From contig CAWCNJ010000005.1 in NCBI GenBank assembly GCA_963796955.1, positions 128,001 through 192,000 of the forward strand: a DNA stretch of 64,000 nt. The letters are read 5' to 3'. This stretch comes from Endomicrobiales bacterium (GTDB lineage: Bacteria > Elusimicrobiota > Endomicrobiia > Endomicrobiales > JALOBY01). Positions 52,224 through 62,923 of the stretch are shown here, in pieces (within the stretch, counting starts at the first letter, position 1; each line of letters opens with the position of its first letter). The position numbers were made by a program, and so were the translations under genes. Under the pieces are notes generated by a model that worked only from the letters and a program-made list of their open reading frames with translations, was not told the DNA's origin and did no database searches.

Positions 52224-54605
52224 ATGGCGATTAAAAAATCACAACTCTATAGTTCAATCTGGAAAAGCTGCGATGAACTTCGCGGCGGGATGGATGCGTC
52301 TCAGTACAAGGACTATGTGCTGGTGTTGTTGTTTATCAAATACATCTCTGATAAATATGCCGGTGTTTCGTTTGCGCCGATAACGGTTCCTAAAGGCGCA
52401 AGTTTCAAGGACATGGTTGCGCTAAAGGGAAAGCCAACCATCGGTGATGATATTAACAAGAAGATTATCCAGAAAATTGAGGAAGCAAACAAGTCACTGG
52501 GCAAGATATCAGTAAATTTTAATGATCCAGAAAAGCTGGGTAGTGATAGTGCAATGGTTGATAGACTGACTAGGCTTATTGCAATATTTGAGAATCCCGC
52601 ACTCGATTTCAGTAAAAACCGTGCGGAAGGTGATGACATTCTTGGCGATGCCTATGAATACCTGATGCGACACTTTGCCACAGAAAGTGGTAAAAGCAAA
52701 GGACAATTCTATACGCCTGCTGAGGTTAGCCGAATTATTGCCAAGATTATTGGTATTGCTAGTACTACTAACAAAACGCCGACGGTGTATGACCCCACGT
52801 GTGGTTCTGGATCATTGCTGTTAAAAGTGGCAGATGAAACAGACAAGAATGTAAGGCTTTTTGGACAGGAAAATGAAGGCCCTACCGCCGCTTTGGCACG
52901 CATGAATATGGTTTTGCATAATAATCCAACAGCGGTCATCGAGAAAGAAAATACCCTAGCCACCCCACTATTTAAAGATGGGGATCAACTTAAAACGTTT
53001 GACTTTGTGGTAGCCAATCCGCCATTCTCCTACAAATCGTGGAGCAACGGCGTTAATGCAGAGAATGACCCTTTCGGAAGATTTCAGGGCTTTGGCGTAC
53101 CTCCTACAAAGAATGGTGACTACGCGTTTCTGCTCCATATAATCCGTTCAATCAAGACCACTGGTAAGGGTGCGTGTATTCTGCCTCACGGTGTGCTGTT
53201 TCGCGGCAATGCCGAGGCCGAGATACGAACCAACATCATCCGTCGAGGCTACATCAAAGGCATAATAGGTCTGCCAGCAAACCTTTTCTATGGCACGGGC
53301 ATACCTGCTTGTATTATCGTGATAGACAAGGAAAATGCCGACAATCGTAAAGGTATCTTTATGATAGATGCCGGCAAAGGTTTTGAAAAAGATGGCAACA
53401 AAAACCGCCTGCGTGCCCAGGATATTCATAAGATCGTTGATGTGTTCAATAAACAGATAGAAATACCCAAATATTCGCGCATGGTAAGCGTTGTTGAAAT
53501 TGAGAAGAATGAGTTTAACCTTAACATCCCGCGCTACATTGATAGCCAGGAGCCAGAAGACATACAGGATATCGAAGCACACCTGAAAGGTGGCATCCCA
53601 AATCAAGATATTGCTGACCTTAATAATTATTGGGATGTATATCCAACTCTTAAGGCTTCGCTGTTTAAGTCGAGCGAGAGAAAAGGATATAGTGCGCTAA
53701 AAATCACCCAGGAAGAGATTAAGTCTAAAATATTCTCTCACCCAGAATTTACTGCATACGCCAAAACAATGGAAGCAACATTCGACGCATGGAGAACGAA
53801 AAACACTGCTGTTCTCAAAAAGCTTTCGGTTGATGCTATACCAAAGAAAGTAATCCATCAAATATCCGAACATCTACTGGACACTTTCAGTAAAACAAAG
53901 TTAATTGATAAGTACGACATTTACGAACACCTTATGGAGTACTGGGCAGCAACCATGCAAGATGATATGTACTTGATAGCCGCCGATGGCTGGCATGTCG
54001 TGCTTGCTCCCGTTGAAGGCAAGAAGGGCGTGCTAGAGTGTGACTTGGTTCCTAAGTGCCTTGTTATCAATCGCTATTTCTCCAAAGAGATGAAGGAAAT
54101 AGAGGAACTGCATCTCAAGTTGGACGCCACCGCACGTGATATGGAAGAACTTGTCGAAGAGCATAGTGGTGATGATGGATATTTTGCAGACTTTGAGAAA
54201 ATCAATAAAGCAAGCGTCTTAGAGAGAGCCAAAGAAATTAAAGGCAAGAAAGCAGATATTGCCGAACTTGAAGTAATGGAAAAATATCTTGAGATTAGTG
54301 CAACTGAGTCTGACACCAAGAAGAACCTCAAAGAATCTGAAAAGGCAGTTGAGGCAAGCGTAGTTGCTAAATATGAAATGCTTACAGAACCAGATATCAA
54401 GATACTGGTTGTTGAAGATAAGTGGATGACAGCTCTCGAACAGGCAGTTCATGGTGAAATGGATCGTATTAGCCACCGGCTTAACGGCCGCATTAAAGAA
54501 CTTGCTGAACGCTATGAAACGCCAATGCCAGCACTCACCACTGAAACCGAATCACTTGCCAACAAAGTAGATGAACACCTCAGAAAAATGGGGTTTACGT
54601 GGTAA
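52224..54605 (+). CDS. hsdM: Type I R-M methyltransferase subunit
   Basis: GQFYTP, DPTCGSG, ANPPF and PHGVLFRG. Confidence 0.95.
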   Translation: MAIKKSQLYSSIWKSCDELRGGMDASQYKDYVLVLLFIKYISDKYAGVSFAPITVPKGASFKDMVALKGKPTIGDDINKKIIQKIEEANKSLGKISVNFNDPEKLGSDSAMVDRLTRLIAIFENPALDFSKNRAEGDDILGDAYEYLMRHFATESGKSKGQFYTPAEVSRIIAKIIGIASTTNKTPTVYDPTCGSGSLLLKVADETDKNVRLFGQENEGPTAALARMNMVLHNNPTAVIEKENTLATPLFKDGDQLKTFDFVVANPPFSYKSWSNGVNAENDPFGRFQGFGVPPTKNGDYAFLLHIIRSIKTTGKGACILPHGVLFRGNAEAEIRTNIIRRGYIKGIIGLPANLFYGTGIPACIIVIDKENADNRKGIFMIDAGKGFEKDGNKNRLRAQDIHKIVDVFNKQIEIPKYSRMVSVVEIEKNEFNLNIPRYIDSQEPEDIQDIEAHLKGGIPNQDIADLNNYWDVYPTLKASLFKSSERKGYSALKITQEEIKSKIFSHPEFTAYAKTMEATFDAWRTKNTAVLKKLSVDAIPKKVIHQISEHLLDTFSKTKLIDKYDIYEHLMEYWAATMQDDMYLIAADGWHVVLAPVEGKKGVLECDLVPKCLVINRYFSKEMKEIEELHLKLDATARDMEELVEEHSGDDGYFADFEKINKASVLERAKEIKGKKADIAELEVMEKYLEISATESDTKKNLKESEKAVEASVVAKYEMLTEPDIKILVVEDKWMTALEQAVHGEMDRISHRLNGRIKELAERYETPMPALTTETESLANKVDEHLRKMGFTW

Positions 54606-55798
54606 CGAATACTTTGGTTAAAAAAGGTTACAAGAAGACTGATGTGGGATTGATCCCCGTCGATTGGTTTGTTAAAAGGTTTGTTGATGTTACTAAAATC
54701 ATAACATGTGGCTTAGCCGCGACTCCCAAATATGTAAGTGAGTCGACAGGTAAACCATTTCTTTCAGCCCAAAATGTTCAAAATGGCAAAGTCGTTTATA
54801 GCAAATATCGATATATCTCAAAAGAGTTGTTCGAACAAATTACAAGGCACAATAAACCACAAAAAGGTGATTTGCTGTACACTCGCGTAGGTGCTGGAAT
54901 TGGCGAAGCTGGCGTGGTTGAAGATGATTTTGAATTTGGAATATATGTCAGTTTGTCATTAATAAGAGCTGATAAAGTTCAGTTACATAATTATTATTTG
55001 CTTCACTTACTGAATAGCCCGAAATTCAAGCTTCTTGCAAAGAGCGGTCAGTTGGCTGGAGGCGGCGTTCAAAACTTAAATGTTCATGTTGTTCGTGAAT
55101 ATTTGATTCCACTTCCATCACGTAAAGAACAAGCTGCCATTGCCAAGGTCCTTTCTGACACCGATGCACTGATTGAAAACATTGATAAACTGATTGCCAA
55201 AAAAAGGGATATCAAGTTAGGAACAATGCAACAGGTGCTAACTGGGTCGAAAGGAATACAAGGGTCTGGTGGAAAGTGGGATGTAAAAAGACTGGGTGAT
55301 ATTGCGGAAATACGGAGGGGGCAATTAATCACTGAGAGCACACGGTGTGAGGGCAGCATACCGGTAATTGCTGGCGGAAAGACTCCTTCATATTATCATA
55401 ATCAAGCAAATCGTAATGGCAAGACGATCTCTGTTAGTTGTTCGGGTGCTAGTGCGGGATATGTTTCTTTTCACACTACCCCAATATTCGCATCAGATTG
55501 CTCTACAATTGAAGAATTAGAAACATACTCAGTTGAATTTCTGTATCATTCCATGAAGTTTAGGCAAGAGGATATATACAAAATGCAAACTGGTGGTGCT
55601 CAACCCCATATTCACTCCAGAGATTTAAAGCCAATCAGTATGCTCATTCCGCCGCTTAGCGAGCAAAATGCAATTGCCAACATTCTTTCCGATATGGATG
55701 CAGAAATTGAACAACTGGAACACAAACGAGATAAATATATAATGATCAAGCAGGGCATGATGCAGCAACTATTAACGGGGAGAATTCGGTTAGTATGA
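54599..55798 (+). CDS. hsdS: Type I R-M specificity subunit
   Basis: Two target-recognition domains separated by P..EQ.AIA..L repeats; ends LLTGRIRL. Confidence 0.93.
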   Translation: MVTNTLVKKGYKKTDVGLIPVDWFVKRFVDVTKIITCGLAATPKYVSESTGKPFLSAQNVQNGKVVYSKYRYISKELFEQITRHNKPQKGDLLYTRVGAGIGEAGVVEDDFEFGIYVSLSLIRADKVQLHNYYLLHLLNSPKFKLLAKSGQLAGGGVQNLNVHVVREYLIPLPSRKEQAAIAKVLSDTDALIENIDKLIAKKRDIKLGTMQQVLTGSKGIQGSGGKWDVKRLGDIAEIRRGQLITESTRCEGSIPVIAGGKTPSYYHNQANRNGKTISVSCSGASAGYVSFHTTPIFASDCSTIEELETYSVEFLYHSMKFRQEDIYKMQTGGAQPHIHSRDLKPISMLIPPLSEQNAIANILSDMDAEIEQLEHKRDKYIMIKQGMMQQLLTGRIRLV

Positions 55799-58344
55799 AT
55801 TCAGGCATAGTGCAATGGCTTAACAAGCAACCCATATGGATACGAGAGGCGTCGAGACGCATTTTTGTAAACGGTGTACTGGCTGAAAATGATTATAAAG
55901 ACTTGCTATCTTTTGTAAAATCGCCCGATATTTGTGACATTGAATTGGGTGAGGGTTATTCACAGGTTGTTGCAACCAGCAAATCATCGGACACCATAAG
56001 AATCAATGCAATTGGTAAAATTGAAAATATTGACAACCTATCACCAACAAAGCCTCTCGTTTTTGGTTCAGAAAACCTCAGTGTTGTGTATGGCAACAAT
56101 GGTTCTGGTAAGTCTGGATATGTGCGTATATTAAAAAATGCCAGTGGTAAGATGGGGTCTGGAAAGCTGAAACCAAATGTTTATAAAATTGCAACAAGTG
56201 ATCAATCATGTGATATTTCTTATTTGATTAATGGTAACGATACTAAGGCTAGGTGGATCGCAAATGGCAATCCACTGGATGATTTAAGATCTCTTGGGAT
56301 ATTCGATGACACTTGTTGTCGTATGTATATTGATGATGAATCAGAACCATCATATCTCCCTCCTGAATTAGTGTATTTTACTGATTTGGTAAACGCGTGT
56401 GATACTATAGATAAAGCATTGCAAACTGAACAGGCTGCTCTAGTAAAAAAGTTGCCCGAGTTACCACCCAGGTTTTCTCGCACCGTGGCAGGAATTAATT
56501 ACACAAATCTGAGTCTGGATTTGGATCAAACAAAACTCGATGAGTTAAGATCTTGGACCGATGAAGATGCCAAGATGCTTACAGATATAAATACACGCCT
56601 TACAACCGGTGATCCAGCTGTAGAAGCCAGGAAAAGGTGTGTCGTAAAAGAACAGATTGATCAAATAGTTGCGCAAATTGACATTGTTTCGAATTTCGTT
56701 AGCAAAGAATTTTATATTACTATCGCTGAACTAAGGTTAGCCGCACGACAGAAGCGTAGTGCTGCACTTGATGGAGCTCGTGTTCTTAGTAATGTATCAA
56801 TTCATGATGGGGTAGGTTCTGAGACATGGCGATTATTATGGAATGCTGCTCGCGAATACTCAACAACAGTGGCATATGTTGATAAACCTTTTCCTAATAT
56901 CGAAGAACACTCACGGTGTATTTTCTGCCATCAGCAGCTCGATAATCAGGCATGCGATCGTCTTAGGTCTTTCGAAACGTATATGACAGGAAAATTGCAA
57001 CAAGAAGCGGAAAATAGTGAGATAGAGTTAAATAACACGATGGGCAAGATTCCGATAATGCCTACTGAAGAGAGTATAATAGCTAGTTGCCAAGTTGCTG
57101 AGTTGTCTAACGACCTTCGTGATAGAATAGGAGCAGTCTGGAAAGAAATTCGGCAGAATGTGCAATGTCTCAAAACAGCAACTACGTTGAGTGATTTCAA
57201 AAGTGTAAGTCCATCCTTGGAGTGCTTAGTCACTGAATTAAATGAGTTGTTACGTTATAACGAAAACCTAAAACGACAATATGAGAATGATGCCAAATCA
57301 TTCAACAGGGCTGTTATATCGGCTGAGGCACTTGAGCTTCAGGCAAGGGAGTGGACTGCACAACAGATGGGTGCAATTAAAACCGAACTTGAAAGGCTTG
57401 AGAAAGTATGTCAGTACGATAAATGGAGAAAGCTTACAAGTACAACATCGATTTCAAAAAAAGCAAGCGAGGTGTCTGAAAACCTTCTTACTGATGCATA
57501 TATTGCTCGGTTTAATGATGAGCTCAAAAATCTTGGTGCAAAACATATTAGTGTTGAACTTGTTAAAACTCGTGTATCTCAGGGCCGTAGTATGCATCAA
57601 GTGAAATTGAAAGGTCTTGCAGTGCTAAATACTGATGCGTCCGACATATTAAGTGAGGGTGAGAAGGGTGTTGTTTCGCTTGCTGCATTTCTTGCTGATA
57701 CTAATGGGAAGCCATCAGTAGCTCCCTTAATTTTCGATGATCCAATATCCTCACTTGATCAATTGTATGAAGAAAAAACAATTGATAGATTGGTTCAGCT
57801 TAGTAAGGATCGACAGGTAATTGTTTTTACACACAGGCTGAGTTTCGTGGGTATGATATATGATAGGGTGACTTCGGAAGTTTTAAGTATACGATGTGAA
57901 ACTTGGGGATCAGGTGAGCCGTGTGAAGTACCGCTCTTTGCTAAAAAACCTGAGAATGCATTAAGGGATTTAAAAAATGGTCGACTTTCTAGGGCAAAAG
58001 TAACCTATATCAACAAAGGCTATGATGCATATTATCAAGATGCAAAATCGATATGTGGAGATATTCGTATTCTTACGGAACGTATTGTTGAATCCATCCT
58101 ATTGTTTGGTATTGTTCAAAGACATCGTAGGGAAGTACAAACAAAAGGTAAGATTCACAAACTGTGCCAAATTTCGCAGAATGATTGTGCGATGATTGAT
58201 GAAATAATGACTGATTATTCATGTTATGAACATAGCCAATCACAAGAGTCTCCAATTGAATTGCCGAAACCAGAAAAATTGGAAGCAGATATTGATAAGA
58301 TTTTGTCATGGACTGATGAGTTTAAAGGGCGGCATCATGAATAG
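55795..58344 (+). CDS. Rad50/RloC-like ABC ATPase with coiled coil and zinc hook
   Basis: Walker A GNNGSGKS, CIFC, signature LSEGEK, Walker B/D-loop FDDPISSLD, H-loop VFTH. Confidence 0.8.
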   Translation: MNSGIVQWLNKQPIWIREASRRIFVNGVLAENDYKDLLSFVKSPDICDIELGEGYSQVVATSKSSDTIRINAIGKIENIDNLSPTKPLVFGSENLSVVYGNNGSGKSGYVRILKNASGKMGSGKLKPNVYKIATSDQSCDISYLINGNDTKARWIANGNPLDDLRSLGIFDDTCCRMYIDDESEPSYLPPELVYFTDLVNACDTIDKALQTEQAALVKKLPELPPRFSRTVAGINYTNLSLDLDQTKLDELRSWTDEDAKMLTDINTRLTTGDPAVEARKRCVVKEQIDQIVAQIDIVSNFVSKEFYITIAELRLAARQKRSAALDGARVLSNVSIHDGVGSETWRLLWNAAREYSTTVAYVDKPFPNIEEHSRCIFCHQQLDNQACDRLRSFETYMTGKLQQEAENSEIELNNTMGKIPIMPTEESIIASCQVAELSNDLRDRIGAVWKEIRQNVQCLKTATTLSDFKSVSPSLECLVTELNELLRYNENLKRQYENDAKSFNRAVISAEALELQAREWTAQQMGAIKTELERLEKVCQYDKWRKLTSTTSISKKASEVSENLLTDAYIARFNDELKNLGAKHISVELVKTRVSQGRSMHQVKLKGLAVLNTDASDILSEGEKGVVSLAAFLADTNGKPSVAPLIFDDPISSLDQLYEEKTIDRLVQLSKDRQVIVFTHRLSFVGMIYDRVTSEVLSIRCETWGSGEPCEVPLFAKKPENALRDLKNGRLSRAKVTYINKGYDAYYQDAKSICGDIRILTERIVESILLFGIVQRHRREVQTKGKIHKLCQISQNDCAMIDEIMTDYSCYEHSQSQESPIELPKPEKLEADIDKILSWTDEFKGRHHE

Positions 58345-61300
58345 TGTTGGTCAAATTGAGCGTATAACCCAAAACCGTGTTGTAGCCTTGTTTCGAGATC
58401 AGCTTGATTATAAGTATCTTGGAAATTGGGAGGATCAACCTAACAATAGCAATATTGTGGAAGCCGAGGTCAGAAAGTATTTGACTGGGCGTGGGTATAG
58501 TGATGCTTTGATAGCACGTGCATTGGACAAGCTGCGTGATGCGGCCAATAACTATGGAGAAAGCCTATACACAAATAACCAGAATGTATATAAGCTTCTC
58601 CGATATGGCATTGGTATTGTAGAAAGTGCAGGAGAAAACCATGAGCAAGTGCACCTGATAGACTGGAAGCATCCTGAGAAAAACAATTTTGCTATAGCTG
58701 AAGAAGTAACAATTATGGGAAACCGCGAAAAACGGCCCGACATAGTGTTGTATGTAAATGGCATTGCTATTGGTGTGCTTGAACTGAAACGTAGCACCGT
58801 ATCCATAGGTGACGGTATACGCCAAAGCATAGTCAATCAACAAAAAGAGTTTATAGAGTCTTTCTTCTCAACAGTACAGTTTGTTTTCGCAGGCAACGAT
58901 ACCGAGGGTCTAAGGTATGGAACAATTAAGACCCCAGAAAAGTATTTTTTAAACTGGAAAGAAGACGAGCAGAATAGTAGTATGCTGCAGTTGGACAAAT
59001 ACCTGCTTAAAATGTGTAACAAAGAAAGACTGTTGGAAATAATATACGACTTTGTGCTTTTTGATGGCGGCTACAAAAAGTTGCCACGGCCACACCAATA
59101 CTTTGGTATTAAAGCAGCACAAGAATATGTCCGCCGGCGTGAAGGCGGCATAATATGGCATACGCAGGGTAGCGGTAAAAGCTTAGTAATGGTTTGGCTT
59201 GCAAAGTGGATTCTGGAAAACAACCCAAATGCTCGTGTTGTGGTGTTAACAGATCGCATTGAGTTAGACAAACAAATTGAGCGTGTGTTCCGTGATGCCG
59301 GTGAGGTGGGGATTAAGCGTACTATAAGCGGTACTGATTTGATGGGACAACTTAGCCAACCGTTGCCGCGCTTGCTGTGTTCCCTTATACATAAGTTTGG
59401 TGTGAGGGATGTGGCGAACTTTGATGCATATATTAAAGAGCTGCAGAATGCGCCTAGCAGTACTGTGGGTGAGCTGTTTGTGTTTGTTGATGAATGTCAT
59501 CGGTCTGAGTCTGGCAAACTGCATAAAGCTATGAAGGCGATACTCAGGAATGCGGTATTCATAGGTTTTACGGGTACACCGCTTCTTAAGAAGGACAAGC
59601 AAACAAGCAGGGAAGTTTTCGGTAAATATATTCACACATACAAATTTAACGAGGCTGTAGAGGATGGGGTTGTATTAGATTTGGTGTATGAAGCCCGCGA
59701 TATTGATACGAAATTATCATCAAACGATAAAGTGGATGCATGGTTTGAAGCAAAGACGAAAGGACTTAATGACTTTCAAAAACATGAGCTCAAGAAGAAG
59801 TGGGGTACGATGCAGCAAGTACTCAGCTCTAAATCGCGCTTAGATAAGATTGTACAGGATGTGGTGTTTGATTTTAGCACTAGGCCGCGCCTGAGTTCAG
59901 ACTTCGGGAATGCGATAGTGGTTGCAGGTAGCATTTATGAAGCAACTAGATACTTTGAGATGTTTCAGAATACCTCACTTAAAGGCAAATGTGCCTTGAT
60001 TACCTCGTATAACCCTGCCACAAAAGATATTACAACCGAAGGCACAGGTGACAATACAGAAACTGGCAAAGAATACGTGTATAAAATGTACACTGCATTG
60101 TTGAACGATGTTGTGGCAGAACCGGGTAAAACTAAATCTGAAACGTACGAAGATAGGGCTAAACTGAAGTTTATTACTGAGCCCGCAAATATGAAACTGC
60201 TTGTCGTTGTTGATAAGCTGCTGGTAGGATTTGATGCGCCGCCATGTACTTACCTTTATATAGATAAGAATATGCAGGATCATGGCTTGTTTCAGGCAAT
60301 TTGCCGCGTGAATCGGCTGCATACGGAAGATAAGGACTTTGGATATATTGTTGATTACAAAGATTTATTTTCTAAACTCGGTGATGCATACAAGGTATAT
60401 GCAACGGAATTGGATGACCTCGGAAATGACACAACAAATATTGATATTGTGTTAAAGGATAGGTTGGCAAAAGGCAAGGAACGGTTGGACGATGCTCTGG
60501 AAGCTGTTGCCCTTGTTTGTGAGCCTGTGTTGCCTCCAAGGGACAACCTGGCCTACATTCACTATTTCTGCGGTAATCCAGAGAGTAAGCAAGACCTTAA
60601 GGATACCGAGGTAAGACGAAATGCATTGTACAAGAATACTGTTGCCCTGATACGCGCCTATGCCAATATTGCGGATGAGATGAGCGAAGCCGGCTACAGC
60701 ACCAGCGAAATTGACGGTGTTAAGAAATCACTAACTAAATATTTAAATCTCAGAGAAGAGATTAGGATGGCTAGTGGGGAAAAGCTTGACCTTAAGACCT
60801 ATGAAGCTGATATGCGGCACTTGATTGATACCTATATTCAGGCCGAGGATAGCAGGCGAATAGATCCATTCGAAAATCAGTCTCTGCTAGATATTATGGT
60901 TAATAGCGGCATTGCTGATGCCATAAAAAGCCTTCCTGATGGTATACGAAGCAGTAAAGAAGCAATGCAGGAGACGATTGAAAACAATGTACGCGTTAAA
61001 ATAATTAAAGATCATTTAATTGACCCGGCGTACTTTGATGAGATGTCTAAGCTATTAAACGAAATTATACGAGAAAGAAAAGAGAAGGCGGTAACGTATG
61101 AGGAATACCTGAAAAGGATTGCCGAATTGGCAAAACGCGTTGCCAATCTTACACGGAATGATTTGCCGGCTCGTATACAGACGGGAGCGCAGCGGGCCTT
61201 ATACGATAATCTTGAAAGAAAGACTGAGCTGGCAATAGATGTTGATACCTCAGTAAGAGAACATGTGCGTGCTGATTGGCGTGGGAATGTGCCTGCGGAA

Positions 61301-61432
61301 AATTTGATAAAACAGGGAATTTATGAAGTTCTGCACGATAAAGAAGAAGTTGAAAGAATTTTCCAAATTAAATGTACGGTGTCAGACTTAAGTAACTTAA
61401 GTAAATTGACTTTTCTGGCAGAAAATAGATAA
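58337..61432 (+). CDS. hsdR: Type I R-M restriction subunit, last residues replaced by Y1-element sequence
   Basis: RPDIVLYVNG..LELK, HTQGSGKS, DECHR, FTGTP and QAICRVNR. Confidence 0.93.
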   Translation: MNSVGQIERITQNRVVALFRDQLDYKYLGNWEDQPNNSNIVEAEVRKYLTGRGYSDALIARALDKLRDAANNYGESLYTNNQNVYKLLRYGIGIVESAGENHEQVHLIDWKHPEKNNFAIAEEVTIMGNREKRPDIVLYVNGIAIGVLELKRSTVSIGDGIRQSIVNQQKEFIESFFSTVQFVFAGNDTEGLRYGTIKTPEKYFLNWKEDEQNSSMLQLDKYLLKMCNKERLLEIIYDFVLFDGGYKKLPRPHQYFGIKAAQEYVRRREGGIIWHTQGSGKSLVMVWLAKWILENNPNARVVVLTDRIELDKQIERVFRDAGEVGIKRTISGTDLMGQLSQPLPRLLCSLIHKFGVRDVANFDAYIKELQNAPSSTVGELFVFVDECHRSESGKLHKAMKAILRNAVFIGFTGTPLLKKDKQTSREVFGKYIHTYKFNEAVEDGVVLDLVYEARDIDTKLSSNDKVDAWFEAKTKGLNDFQKHELKKKWGTMQQVLSSKSRLDKIVQDVVFDFSTRPRLSSDFGNAIVVAGSIYEATRYFEMFQNTSLKGKCALITSYNPATKDITTEGTGDNTETGKEYVYKMYTALLNDVVAEPGKTKSETYEDRAKLKFITEPANMKLLVVVDKLLVGFDAPPCTYLYIDKNMQDHGLFQAICRVNRLHTEDKDFGYIVDYKDLFSKLGDAYKVYATELDDLGNDTTNIDIVLKDRLAKGKERLDDALEAVALVCEPVLPPRDNLAYIHYFCGNPESKQDLKDTEVRRNALYKNTVALIRAYANIADEMSEAGYSTSEIDGVKKSLTKYLNLREEIRMASGEKLDLKTYEADMRHLIDTYIQAEDSRRIDPFENQSLLDIMVNSGIADAIKSLPDGIRSSKEAMQETIENNVRVKIIKDHLIDPAYFDEMSKLLNEIIRERKEKAVTYEEYLKRIAELAKRVANLTRNDLPARIQTGAQRALYDNLERKTELAIDVDTSVREHVRADWRGNVPAENLIKQGIYEVLHDKEEVERIFQIKCTVSDLSNLSKLTFLAENR

Positions 61433-62326
61433 AATCTGGTATGCCCAGACACCCGAGAATACACCAACCGGAGTTGTTGTTCCACGTAATGGCGCGTGGG
61501 AATAACAAACAGAAGATATTCAACTCGCCGAAAGATTACACTACCTTCCTGTCGATGTTGCGCGACACAAAGCAACGTTATCATTTCAAATTGTACGCCT
61601 ACGCTCTGATGCCTAACCACATCCATTTGCTGATCCAGGTAGGCGAACATCCAAGCGCCCGCATTATGCAGTCGGTGCTTACTGGCTATGCAAGATATTA
61701 CAACCGGGCGTATAAACGCAGCGGGCATCTTTTCCAGGGAAGATATAAGGCGATCCTTTGCGAGAGAGATGCTTATGCCATGTGGCTTGTGAGATATATC
61801 CACCTTAACCCTGTAAGAGCGCATCTTGTTGGTGTGGTCGATCAATGGAGGTGGACGGGCCATGCTGAATATGCCGGCACCGAAAAACAGGATATGATAG
61901 ACGCTGGTGTGGTTGCAGAGTTGTTTGGCAAAGGATCAATGGGGCTGCTAATTACAGGGAATATTTATCAGACGGTCTTGCTCAGGGGTGTAAATACGAT
62001 GAAGACCTCCATCCATCTGATAGTTCACCGTTTTTAGGGAGTGATCGTTTCAAGGAAGAAGTGGTATATAAAGTTGATCAACTCGTTGAAACCAAGCGCA
62101 AGTCGTTACGTGATATAATCCTTGAGCAGACGCAAGATACCGGTGTAAGCCCTGAAATGGTCCTTGGAAAGAGCAGGAAGAAGAAGGTCGCAATGATTCG
62201 TAGAAATGTAATAATCAAAGCTGTGACAGAATATGGATATATAGCTTCGGAGCTAGCCAGGCAGTTAAATCGCAGCGAGGCGTATATCAGTATGGTAGTT
62301 AGTTAAGTTACTTAAGTCTGACACCG
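61377..62326 (+). mobile_element. Y1/RAYT-type element with 24-bp perfect terminal inverted repeats
   Basis: CGGTGTCAGACTTAAGTAACTTAA at 61377-61400; its reverse complement at 62303-62326. Confidence 0.85.
61441..62306 (+). CDS. HUH Y1 transposase (RAYT-like) with C-terminal HTH; frameshift near 61945
   Basis: HVMARGNNK, MPNHIHLL (HUH), GHLFQGRY, YIHLNP; HTH in the 62061-62306 ORF. Confidence 0.88.
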
Positions 62327-62893
62327 CCGGACTTAACATTTATCTTTACCGGATTACGGGCAGGCGAACTATTGTTTTTGGAGTGGGAAGACGTGGATTT
62401 TGAGAACAATGTTATAAATGTGCGTGAAAAGGACATTTGGCTTCCGAAAACCTACGAGCGCCGGGAAATCCCCTTGCATCCAGATCTGAAAACGATATTG
62501 TTGAGGCGAAAGAAGACAAAGAAAAACGAGTTCGTATGCTTTAAGAGCTCCGGCGACAGAGCAACCGAGAAAATACGAAGAAAACCCTGTGAAGGCAGCA
62601 CATACAGAATACTGTACGCCAAATATAAGCGCACACTTGCAAAGGCAGGCATCACAGATGCCGGCCTGCACACACTGCGCCATACCTTCGGCAGCCAATG
62701 CGTGATGAATGGAATAGATGTGCCCACCCTCTCAAAGATCATGGGCCACTCAAGCATCAAAACAACCATGATTTATGTCCACCTCTCAACCGACCACATG
62801 CAAAGCTCCATTCTGAAACTGGGCTATGAAAGCCCCGATTATGACAAGCGGTGCGGCCCAGATGAAGGCAGCGGTGCCGGGGTCAGTGTGTAA
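62327..62893 (+). pseudogene. Tyrosine integrase catalytic domain, 5'-truncated
   Basis: TGLRAGEL, PKT, HTLRH, MGHSS and TMIY; frame begins at the Y1 right end. Confidence 0.85.
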
Positions 62894-62923
62894 GTGACAG
62901 TACTACAAAATATTGAGGTGATC

